DNA from: an uncultured bacterium
GTDB lineage: Bacteria; Muiribacteriota; CAYSPT01
Length of the DNA: 64,000 nucleotides
Assembly (NCBI GenBank): GCA_964593455.1
Contig: CAZQHK010000001.1
Coordinates: forward strand, 22,708-86,707
Reading direction: 5' to 3'
Below, piece by piece: positions 1 through 8,574 of the stretch (its first letter is position 1; every line of letters begins with the position of its first letter). The position numbers and the translations under genes are program-made. The notes under the pieces are model-generated. The model was not told where the DNA came from and searched no databases. It saw nothing but the letters and a program-made list of their open reading frames with translations.

Positions 1-228
1 GCTGCTGCGCTGGTACGCGAAAGCCCGGGCTTCCCTGGCGGCTCGGGATACGGTTGAACTCGATGATGTAAGGTATGCAGTAGCTGATGTCGAGCGGCTT
101 TTCCTGTTTCACGCCAGCACCCTGAGTGCTCCCTTTAAGCATGAAATGTACCGTAACCTGCTGGATTTCCTCTTCTCCAACGACACTTTCAGTGCTTCGA
201 TGGCTGGTTTGATGTAGAGGCCAGAGCT

Positions 229-1254
229 TTATCCTACTTTACGGTTGATTTCATTAATGTCCAGGATCATCTCGTATTTCTTTACCAGCAGCAGGGCGAT
301 CTCGATGGCAATGTTCCTGATGAGCCTGAAAAAGTCACGGGACGAGAGAAAAACCTGCCCCCCTTCGGCGTGCAACAGATCGATAAACGAACAGATGAAT
401 ATATTATCTCGTTCGGACAACCCCAGGTACAGGTTCAGATACTCAAGCGCCGCCATGGTCCGGTCTTCGCCTTTTTCCTGAACGAGTGGAGTTTTCAATA
501 TCCCGGACAGCCGTGCAGCCAGCTCATGAATGAAGCCTTCCATGAAAACCCGGAACTTTTCAATCATAGTGAATTCGATAATATCAGCGGTTTCCTGGGT
601 GATGAAGAGGTCCAGCTCTTGCAGAAATTGAATGTATTTCTGGTCAAAATCGAAGATGGCAATCTTCTCTATGACTGTTTTCTTGTCATAGTTAATCTCG
701 ACATTGATGTTTCTGATCTGTTTTTTCAGAAGCTCATAGCGCTTGGTTACCAGGTTCGAGATAATTGTGGCTCTCTCTTTTTCCAGGTTGGAACTGACTT
801 CCATTCGTTTGAGCCCTTCGTGAAGAAGAGCCAGCTGGAGGCTGTCGAAGTGCCGGACATCTTCCTGCAGAAGGTCGGAAATGATCCGGAGAATGCAATT
901 GGAAGATTGCAGTCTGGTGATAAAACTCTCCAGGGCCAACCCGGAAAACCCGAGCTTTATCAGGGTGTAGAAACACAGCGCTGAGACCGTTAGACAGATT
1001 CCCGGCGACGGTTCGTTCTCCTGGTCCCACTCCACCCTGTTCTGCATGAGGTCGAGAAAAGATTTCGAGAGCTGATCGTCTTTGTGAACGGTGGCGAAGA
1101 TGTCCGTCAAGGTGTCGGAGTTGGGATAGTCGATAAATTTCTTCCCTTGCAGGAGCTTAATCCTCCAAAGGATATTTCCCAGTTGGAGATCAAGCATCTC
1201 TTTTTCAAAAACCGTCTGAACAAACTCTTCCAGTTGTGCGGCGCTCGTGTACAT
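229..1254 (-). CDS. hypothetical protein (341 aa), no recognisable motif
   Basis: Long ORF with coherent, non-repetitive translation. The + strand ORFs overlapping it (245..481, 370..984) look like shadow ORFs. No motif I can name. Confidence 0.45.
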   Translation of the reverse strand: MYTSAAQLEEFVQTVFEKEMLDLQLGNILWRIKLLQGKKFIDYPNSDTLTDIFATVHKDDQLSKSFLDLMQNRVEWDQENEPSPGICLTVSALCFYTLIKLGFSGLALESFITRLQSSNCILRIISDLLQEDVRHFDSLQLALLHEGLKRMEVSSNLEKERATIISNLVTKRYELLKKQIRNINVEINYDKKTVIEKIAIFDFDQKYIQFLQELDLFITQETADIIEFTMIEKFRVFMEGFIHELAARLSGILKTPLVQEKGEDRTMAALEYLNLYLGLSERDNIFICSFIDLLHAEGGQVFLSSRDFFRLIRNIAIEIALLLVKKYEMILDINEINRKVG

Positions 1255-1586
1255 GTACTCCTCCGAAAAACTAAATTGTAAAACATATTCTAATTATTCC
1301 AAACCGATACTGTCAACCATCTGACATTGTTATTATTCCAACAACCATACTTTCTACGCTTTCTTGCTGGAGGGTGGAAGGATGACACTATTGAGAAACA
1401 GACACTGTTGTGGGAAAAAGGACGTTAAAGACGAACCAGCCTGCTACGAGGTCCATCCGATCCTAATCATCAGCGCTGCATTGTCCAGTAACAGTGTCTC
1501 TCCGTCCAGCCCTGTGGTCAGCCTTCGCTGCGCTGTTGCTGCGCAAAACGCTTGCTCGACAGAGTTTCGTTCCATGAGCCTGAGAC

Positions 1587-3080
1587 TTAGCGGTAGATAT
1601 CTTTCGTCGCTTTGGTGAGGGCCAGCTTGAACAGCCGACAGATATCTTCAAGCGGCAGGAACAATACGTCGTCATGGTATTCGGGCACCGCCTGCATTAC
1701 AATCCACTTGGTCCGATCGACCAGGACGTTGAAGCTGCCCACCTCCATCTGCACCAGTTCAGGGGCAGCGGAATAGTTGACCGTTTTGCCGGTTCCCGTT
1801 GCTCCGAGAGCCGCGGTGATAAGTCCAGTCTTTTGATCCAGGGTGGTCAGAAGCCCGGCTTTTTCCAACATGAACGGGGCCTCTACCAGCGGCACCCCTG
1901 AAGGTGCCTCCTTGATAAATAACCGGATTACCGGAGTGTTGCCGATGAGATAATCTCCCTGGCGGGCAATGAGTTCAGGAAGAACTGATATTTTCGGCTC
2001 ACCGGGTGCTGGTGATGGTGGGACCGGTTCACCGGATACAGGTGGTAGCGTTTCGATCTCGATACCCGGAACCTCTCGGGTTTTAAGACGCGGCTTTTCA
2101 GGTGGTTTCTGGAAAAAATCACGGTCGAAAGCGAGATTGATCGAGAGCCGATGAATGTCCCCGATATTCTGGTCGGCGAAAGCGTAGTCGATGTTCCACC
2201 AACCCATAGATATACCAGCGCCCAGGCATAGCTGGCTCTGGTCGAGCCCGGCTCTCAAGGCCACCAGTCCTTTCATGGGCCGCCACTCTGCGCCTAAACG
2301 GAAGTCGAACCGGTTATCACCTTCGGTGAAAATATCTAGGTTGCCCATCAGCGAGTCTAAGACACGGTAGCTCGCTCCAACTGTCGAGATGAATTTAATT
2401 TCTTCTTCCTTGTTGCTGGCGGTGTTCCACTTGAGGGTTCCCATGAGGTTCCTGAAGCTGAGTCCCAGGGTCAGGTCGTCGTTCCATTTCCAGAGTCCTC
2501 CAAGATCCAACGCATACCCAGTGGCGCTCTTATCCAGTATCTTGTGGTTCAAGAGTTTTAGACTGCCGCCAAACCGGAGCGTTGGCTGAAACTGGTACGA
2601 TCCGCCGAAAACCAGGGAGTGTTGCTTATCGTCAAAGTAGCCGAGGGTTGTAATATCGTAGACCGGCAAACCGTTGTGATATCCAATGATTTTTGAGGTA
2701 TTCAGCTCGGTATGTGGTATCCCCTCCAGTCCGAAGAAGATGTACCCGGCGGCCAGTGCGAATCTGCCGGCGGGATAGGCGAAAGAAACATTGTCGTGCT
2801 TACGGCCTTCGGACAGATTGGCATGGCTGGTCGTCAGTTCTATTCGGTTTCCAAGACCGATGCCGGCCGGATTCCAAAACAGAGCGGTCCCATCGTCGGC
2901 TGCGGCCACGAAAGCGTTTCCAAGACCCAGAGCCCGGGCACCGATTCCCTGGCGCAAATAAGCGGCGGGTGTCGGTGCACCCATCACTCGTGAGGAGCAG
3001 GTAAAGCAGATCATCAGCAGGACCGCGGCGGCTGCGGCCGGCAAACCGGTTTTTGTCATCATCCGCGTTACTTGATTCAT
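1587..3080 (-). CDS. PorV-like outer-membrane beta-barrel protein (T9SS shuttle family) with an extra C-terminal domain
   Basis: N-terminal signal peptide (hydrophobic run ending VMGAPTP). The motif ARALGLGNAFVAAADDGTALFWNPAGIG matches the PorV/LptO family signature (xRxxGMG..GVA..DA.A.FWNPA). Alternating amphipathic strands end ...LSINLAF, with the terminal aromatic typical of OMP barrels. A Pro-rich linker follows (PPEKPRLKTREVPGIEIETLPPVSGEPVPPSPAPGEPK), then ~150 aa of unknown domain. The start overlaps the stop of the upstream T9SS-CTD gene by 4 nt. Confidence 0.6.
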   Translation of the reverse strand: MNQVTRMMTKTGLPAAAAAVLLMICFTCSSRVMGAPTPAAYLRQGIGARALGLGNAFVAAADDGTALFWNPAGIGLGNRIELTTSHANLSEGRKHDNVSFAYPAGRFALAAGYIFFGLEGIPHTELNTSKIIGYHNGLPVYDITTLGYFDDKQHSLVFGGSYQFQPTLRFGGSLKLLNHKILDKSATGYALDLGGLWKWNDDLTLGLSFRNLMGTLKWNTASNKEEEIKFISTVGASYRVLDSLMGNLDIFTEGDNRFDFRLGAEWRPMKGLVALRAGLDQSQLCLGAGISMGWWNIDYAFADQNIGDIHRLSINLAFDRDFFQKPPEKPRLKTREVPGIEIETLPPVSGEPVPPSPAPGEPKISVLPELIARQGDYLIGNTPVIRLFIKEAPSGVPLVEAPFMLEKAGLLTTLDQKTGLITAALGATGTGKTVNYSAAPELVQMEVGSFNVLVDRTKWIVMQAVPEYHDDVLFLPLEDICRLFKLALTKATKDIYR

Positions 3081-6000
3081 CTCAGGATACTCAACTTCCC
3101 TGTTGTTTTGAAGGTTTCCTGCAGCCGGGTAGCCATGACCCGGTAGATGTAACTGCCGTTGGGGACCGGTGTGCCACCGTAATCAGTCAGATTCCACACT
3201 ACTTCGTTGAAAGTGGCAGCAGTACCGCCGTTAAGTTCTTCCATTAGGTCGCCGTTGAGATCGTAAATTTCGATGATAACATCGTCTGCTTCCTGGGTAA
3301 GGACGTACCTGATGGTGATATTGTTTGTCCGGACGGGATTGGGGTAAGGAAGCGTGTACCTGATTCCGAAAGCTTCCCTGAGGAGAAACGATCGACTGAA
3401 CTGGGCGCTATTGCTGCAGGAATCGGGCACCGTCAGCGTTATTGTCACCGTGGCTCCCGAATGAGGTCCCGCGGGCACATAGAATATCTCACCGTTCATA
3501 TCATCTATCGTTTTGTAAAAATGGATGCTGTTCAGATTGTTAACCTGGAGCAGAATGCTCTGGGTATTGATGGGACAGCCTTTCTCCGAAACATCGAAAT
3601 GCAGTTCTTCTCCGGAGTCCAGTGTTTCTCCCGGATCGGGGAATAACGTGATGGTAGGATTTACCGTATCTGCCAGGAGCTCAAAGGTTCCCAGCTTGTC
3701 GAAGGTGCCTTCCGCCAGCGTGACGGTTCCGGAGTCGGTACTTACCGTAAGCAAATTACTACCGCCGAAATCGTAACGGTTTGTCGTGTCATTCCATATA
3801 AAGACTCCCAATTGATTCGAATTGACCTCGGTGACGCCATCAAGAGCGGTCACCGTACCACTCTGGTTCTTAGTATAAGGAAGACGGACCGCGACCTCCG
3901 GAGTGAGAGTAACGGCCGTTACTCCCACCGGCAACCCGGCGAACTGCATCTCATAACCTTTGGCTATCTTGACCAGACCCTGGCTGGCCCTGGCGGCTGT
4001 TTTGAGTTCTTCAGTACGATCGTTCTGGCGTTCTTCCGTCCAGCTGAAAAATGAAAGGTCGGTCGTGATATCGTTTCCGGTGCTCTGGTCGTGGAATGAG
4101 TTTTCCTGGAAAACGAGAGTGGTTCCGTCGTCGGTAGTAAAGGTTTGTAAGCGGTCGTCATAAACCAGTACCGTACCCAGCACCGCGCTGTCGAGCAGGG
4201 TTGAGTTATCATAGAGTTGTAGCAGTATTTTGCGGTTGAGGATCTCGTTATTAAGCGTGAAGGTTGTGGTGTAATACTCACCCCACGGATAGTCCCTTAC
4301 TCCTTCCCATTCATTATCGGCAATGAATTGGTCCAGGTCTTGTTTGCTGAAGGGAGCGTCCGGGGGAAATTTGATTGATGTCGCGGAGATAGCGGTATCG
4401 AACTCCTCGGTATAAATATTGAGTAAGTAATCACTCGGATCGATTGCCAATTTTGACAGCAGGTGCAGGGTTACCGTATCGGAATCGTTTTCATTCCAGT
4501 CTAACCAGAGCATGGTCTCGGGCGCTTTGGTCGCAACGGTGAACGTTGTTTCTACCGGTTGGGCCTGGTTCCCCAGGGTATCGGCGGCGGTCAGTTTAAG
4601 TGTGTGCTCTCCTTCGCTGAGATTTACGATCACCGTATACGTGCCCTCCATGGTCAAATCGTCAAGCACCGAGATTTGGGGTATAAAATCGGTGCCATCT
4701 ATGATGACTTTGAGAGAATTGGAATCAACGCCGGCAAAGTCGTCTCCTACCCGGAAGGAAATGACAGGCGTGGCAGTGGTTACGGTGGCTTGCGGTCTAG
4801 GTGAAACCAGTTCTATGACGGGAGCGTTGTAGTCGGTAACATCCGGGTCGAAGGTAACCTTTCTGGTCTCTGTTGTGCTGTTTCCCGCCAGGTCGGTAGC
4901 CACCACGGTGATGGTTCGCGCTCCGAGTTTGATTACAGCCAGATGGGTAAAACTACCGTTGGTTTCTATTTCGACCACGGTATCGTTAACGGTAAGCGTG
5001 GCTCCCGGTTCAGAGGTGCCGGCTACGGTAACGGCGCCCTGGCGGACGATCGAGTTGTCGGTCGGCGCGGTCAATGTGAGTGTGGGAGCGATCTCGTCCA
5101 CGGTTACAGTTCTGATCAAGGCCCAGGATTGCGAACTCGGATTGCCGCCGGAGTAATTGGTAGCCGGTCCATAAACAGTGGCGGTGATGGTATTGGCTCC
5201 AGCCTGGAGTGGAACATTGTATATGGTGAATGTCCCGTCGTTGCCGATAACTGCGTCCAGCGGGCTGGTGGTGAGAGGAGATTCTACTGTAACCATGTTA
5301 TCGATCTGTGTTCGGCCGGTGACGTTAATCTCGGTGTATTTCCAGTTGATATCTTCGCTGGGACTGGTGATATCAAGTCCGGGCCGGGTATTTTCTACTG
5401 TCACTTTAGTTGCTTCCCTGCCGACGGTAACACCGGTGGTTTTTGTGATATCAAGCCTGATGGTGTGCAGACCTTCGAAGCCACGGGTGTCCCAGGTGGC
5501 CAGCAGATCATCGGTGACCGGGGATGTTCCCTGAACGGCTCCGCTCGATCCGTCGCCAACAGGAATGGCATGCCAGGTTGAGGGACTTTCCCCTTTCCCA
5601 TAATAGACTTTATAGTAGGAAAACTCCGGATCGGTGGCTGTCCCGATGATCTGAACCGAGTTCCCACCGATGATTTCGTATCGAAGGGGTTGGGTAATGA
5701 AGTTTACGTCGTTATCGATAATGACTGAGATTTGTGTTGTGGTTGCGTTCCCGGCCAGGTCTTCGGCTGTAACCCGAATAGCGTAGAGGCCGTCCGAGTC
5801 TTCCCTGGTTTCGGTTATGTTCCATTTAGCCAGTCTTTCGTTCGTTTTCTCGGCAGCGGCTTCAAAGCTCAGTACCTTGATGGGGAACCAGGCGGTGGGA
5901 GCGTTTCCTTCTCCGTACTCCACCCGGTAAATTTTAAACTGATCGTCCTGTACGGTACCCTCTATTTCCACTGTTATGCCACTCAGAGTCGCGCCTTCTG

Positions 6001-6850
6001 CAGGTACGGTTATGGCAACCGTCGGCGGCGTGGAATCGGCCGCAGCGGAATCGTAGATAAAATTTGAGGTGTACTCGCGGCTGCCCAGAGCGTCCTGTAC
6101 CCGGATGGCGAATTTATAGGTGGTCCCGTCTACCAGACCCTGGTTGCGTGAGATGAGCACCGAGTTTGTAGGGTGAGATATGGTGGCTATCTCTTTTTGC
6201 CAGCCGTAATCCAAGGTGCCGGTTCCATTATCATAGAAAAGCAGGTATTTGTCGGCGTCCCCCGAGGCGGAGAGAAGCCATTCCACCTGGATGGCACCGC
6301 CGGGAAGTGGTATGGAGGTAACATCCAGAGAATATGCCGGTGGAGTATTGGTGAAATGGGCGGTTGAGGGTCCGGTATCCGAAGTCCCCTCGGTGAAGTA
6401 AAAAACAACAAAATCGGGGGGGGGATTGTTCCAATAGGTTTCGAACACCCGCTCTCCGTAAATGAAAAGGTGTATCTGTTCGTCCGTCGAAAATCCTTCT
6501 TTCACCCCCTGGGTAAACGTCAGATCCGGTTTGGCCTGTACCCGGTAATAACCCACACCGTTGATGTCCCGGTAGGTGTCGTGAGGTTGGGTTAGATCTG
6601 TGTAGTCGATAAATGAGCCGGTACCGATGTCGATACTCATTACCCTCACATCGAGGTTTTCGGGAACGTAATCGAAAACATCGGTTACCCCGTTTTGATC
6701 TTCTATCGATATGGTTGCATAACAGATGCCGTTCAGGCTCATGTTGGCGCCATACACTCCTTGGCCACAGGCCAGCAGGCACAGACAGGCCAGACCGGCC
6801 ACCACGAAACCTGCCGGTCGTAGCGCTGTTATTAGATCTTTCTTTACCAT
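3077..6850 (-). CDS. 1257-aa secreted Ig-like-repeat protein with type-A T9SS C-terminal sorting domain (adhesin-like cargo)
   Basis: N-terminal signal peptide (MVKKDLITALRPAGFVVAGLACLCLLACG). Multiple beta-rich repeats (TLTLTAPTDNSIVRQGAVTVAGTSEPGATLTVNDT etc). The C-terminus YPNPVRTNNITIRYVL...VIIEIYDLNGDLMEEL...VVWNLTDYGGTPVPNGSYIYRVMA...GKLSILR matches the T9SS type-A CTD consensus. Confidence 0.75.
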   Translation of the reverse strand: MVKKDLITALRPAGFVVAGLACLCLLACGQGVYGANMSLNGICYATISIEDQNGVTDVFDYVPENLDVRVMSIDIGTGSFIDYTDLTQPHDTYRDINGVGYYRVQAKPDLTFTQGVKEGFSTDEQIHLFIYGERVFETYWNNPPPDFVVFYFTEGTSDTGPSTAHFTNTPPAYSLDVTSIPLPGGAIQVEWLLSASGDADKYLLFYDNGTGTLDYGWQKEIATISHPTNSVLISRNQGLVDGTTYKFAIRVQDALGSREYTSNFIYDSAAADSTPPTVAITVPAEGATLSGITVEIEGTVQDDQFKIYRVEYGEGNAPTAWFPIKVLSFEAAAEKTNERLAKWNITETREDSDGLYAIRVTAEDLAGNATTTQISVIIDNDVNFITQPLRYEIIGGNSVQIIGTATDPEFSYYKVYYGKGESPSTWHAIPVGDGSSGAVQGTSPVTDDLLATWDTRGFEGLHTIRLDITKTTGVTVGREATKVTVENTRPGLDITSPSEDINWKYTEINVTGRTQIDNMVTVESPLTTSPLDAVIGNDGTFTIYNVPLQAGANTITATVYGPATNYSGGNPSSQSWALIRTVTVDEIAPTLTLTAPTDNSIVRQGAVTVAGTSEPGATLTVNDTVVEIETNGSFTHLAVIKLGARTITVVATDLAGNSTTETRKVTFDPDVTDYNAPVIELVSPRPQATVTTATPVISFRVGDDFAGVDSNSLKVIIDGTDFIPQISVLDDLTMEGTYTVIVNLSEGEHTLKLTAADTLGNQAQPVETTFTVATKAPETMLWLDWNENDSDTVTLHLLSKLAIDPSDYLLNIYTEEFDTAISATSIKFPPDAPFSKQDLDQFIADNEWEGVRDYPWGEYYTTTFTLNNEILNRKILLQLYDNSTLLDSAVLGTVLVYDDRLQTFTTDDGTTLVFQENSFHDQSTGNDITTDLSFFSWTEERQNDRTEELKTAARASQGLVKIAKGYEMQFAGLPVGVTAVTLTPEVAVRLPYTKNQSGTVTALDGVTEVNSNQLGVFIWNDTTNRYDFGGSNLLTVSTDSGTVTLAEGTFDKLGTFELLADTVNPTITLFPDPGETLDSGEELHFDVSEKGCPINTQSILLQVNNLNSIHFYKTIDDMNGEIFYVPAGPHSGATVTITLTVPDSCSNSAQFSRSFLLREAFGIRYTLPYPNPVRTNNITIRYVLTQEADDVIIEIYDLNGDLMEELNGGTAATFNEVVWNLTDYGGTPVPNGSYIYRVMATRLQETFKTTGKLSILR

Positions 6851-7020
6851 ACTACATACCGCCTAACGCACAAAGAGACTGAATCATGTCACATATCGGC
6901 ATGGCCGTTTATTTGGTTTAAAGAAGAACATATAATAAGTCCTTTTTTAAATACATGTTTACTCCCCGCCGATATAGAAGGATGAGTAGTGCAACGTCTG
7001 GTTATTGGTGGGAGATTAGT

Positions 7021-8574
7021 GTGAAAAGTAAAATTACGGTATTGATGGGAGTGCTTGTCTTTCTAGCGGGTTTCGGTCCGGTTGCCGGTCCTCTGCGGGC
7101 GCAACCGTCTGATCAGCGTGCCTTCAGGTACTCCGCCAACCTCAGATTGGACGGGTTGGCACAAAATATCAATAAGGAGAAAGACAAATACTTCAAAGGA
7201 ATTGAAGGGGTATTAAATTTCTCCTACCGGAAAAATCCATCGGATTCGGTAACGTTGATGTTGGCGGACAAGATCGATCTGATCGGATCTGAACTCAAGG
7301 ATTACGGGTTTAAGGATTACAATGTTAATGTGATGTACAATACCGCCTACGGCGTAGCCGCCTGGGACGTATCTCGGAAAAGTGCCCTGGAGTTCAAGGT
7401 GGAAAACGAATTCATCAAAACCATGTTTCGTCCGTATGATGCAAACGTTCTCACCCTGGCGGAGTTCATGCTCGATGAGGTTATCTTCAACCGTATTAAT
7501 GATGAAGTATTATATTACCAGATGCCGGGCGCTGTCCCGGTCCATAATCGATATCTGCTCAGCATTGATGATCTGGTCAATGAGGTGCACGCCAACACTG
7601 TCTTCCTGGTAGCCGATCATATGATAACCAGGTACAGTTTCGCGGCCTTCAGTGGCCGTTATGAACACCGTGATTATCTGTACGACAATACCCTCGACAA
7701 CCGTTTCGCCAGTGGTGAAATGCGGTTTTATAACTTTTTCCCCGGCACAAAATATCTCGATTGGGAAGCTTTCTCCGAGTCGCAGTATGAAGATAAAAAA
7801 GTGAATAAGTACGACGATTTCAGACGGGTGAAGGAGTACTTCAGGGGCCAGAAGAGCCGGGTGAAGATACCCGGCGACCGGTTTTTCGAGGCCCGTTACC
7901 GATACGATGAGAAAAAACTGAAAAAGGTGACCAGTGGCGGATACGATCTGCACTCGTTTCAGTTCAAATTCGGTCAGGATGTGGGTACGAAGGGAAACTT
8001 CACAATAGAAGACCGGTTTGATGTCCGGAATTACGATCCTGAAGGACTGTATTTCAGCGATTACCGTTCCAACTACCTCTCGACCGGGTATGAGTTCAAG
8101 CTTGATAAAGATACATCAATCATGTCCGATCTCGGGTTCAGGTTCTATCGTCATCCAGAAAGTTCCGAGGAAGATTACAACACCACCAATCTGCGGTTGT
8201 ATTGGTATCAATTGTTTCCCGGTGGTCGGGGCATCACGGTGGGATCGTCTCTGCGATGGCATGATTATGCAGAAGAAGACGATACCCGTCAGGGATACCG
8301 TAAAACTGTATTTTCAGGAGTTTTTAACCAGGAACTCGGGAACAAAGGCGGAGCTCAAGTCGGCGTTGAGTGGCAAGATATGGCTTATGGTTCAGGCAGC
8401 CAGTATTACTCTGATTACGATCAGGTCACTCTGGCTCTGCGGCTGTACCAGCGTCTTTCCTCCTGGGGGTCTCTCGAACTGGGGTGGAAACATGAGGATC
8501 TGGATTTCTCTGCTAATCCAAAGGATGATCGGGAAAGTTCGCTCACCCGAATAGCGCTCAGCGTGATTTTCTAA
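7021..8574 (+). CDS. putative outer-membrane beta-barrel protein (517 aa from GTG start)
   Basis: GTG at 7021 sits 7 nt after GGTGGGAG. A signal peptide follows (KITVLMGVLVFLAGFGPVAGPLRAQ). The protein is rich in Y/F/R/D amphipathic segments and ends in ...IALSVIF, a terminal Phe typical of OMPs. The TAATG stop/start overlaps the next gene. The track ORF begins at 6955, so the start is uncertain. Confidence 0.45.
   Translation: MKSKITVLMGVLVFLAGFGPVAGPLRAQPSDQRAFRYSANLRLDGLAQNINKEKDKYFKGIEGVLNFSYRKNPSDSVTLMLADKIDLIGSELKDYGFKDYNVNVMYNTAYGVAAWDVSRKSALEFKVENEFIKTMFRPYDANVLTLAEFMLDEVIFNRINDEVLYYQMPGAVPVHNRYLLSIDDLVNEVHANTVFLVADHMITRYSFAAFSGRYEHRDYLYDNTLDNRFASGEMRFYNFFPGTKYLDWEAFSESQYEDKKVNKYDDFRRVKEYFRGQKSRVKIPGDRFFEARYRYDEKKLKKVTSGGYDLHSFQFKFGQDVGTKGNFTIEDRFDVRNYDPEGLYFSDYRSNYLSTGYEFKLDKDTSIMSDLGFRFYRHPESSEEDYNTTNLRLYWYQLFPGGRGITVGSSLRWHDYAEEDDTRQGYRKTVFSGVFNQELGNKGGAQVGVEWQDMAYGSGSQYYSDYDQVTLALRLYQRLSSWGSLELGWKHEDLDFSANPKDDRESSLTRIALSVIF

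Noticed and set aside
1-228. Open reading frames on both strands running off the left edge of the window
   Set aside because: Both the plus frame (ends ~216) and a minus frame (possible ATG ~135) are open. Neither a start nor a motif is available, so I could not decide strand or identity.
245-984. Plus-strand ORFs (245..481, 370..984) overlapping the 229..1254 minus-strand gene
   Set aside because: They lie entirely inside a longer coherent ORF on the other strand. They are low-complexity or odd in composition and look like shadow ORFs.
3461-6882. Many 60-210-aa ORFs on the + strand inside the 1257-aa T9SS cargo gene (e.g. 4943..5581, 5178..5534)
   Set aside because: They are antisense shadows of a GC-rich, repeat-rich gene. 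Their translations are Gly/Ser/Val-rich junk with no starts bearing an RBS.
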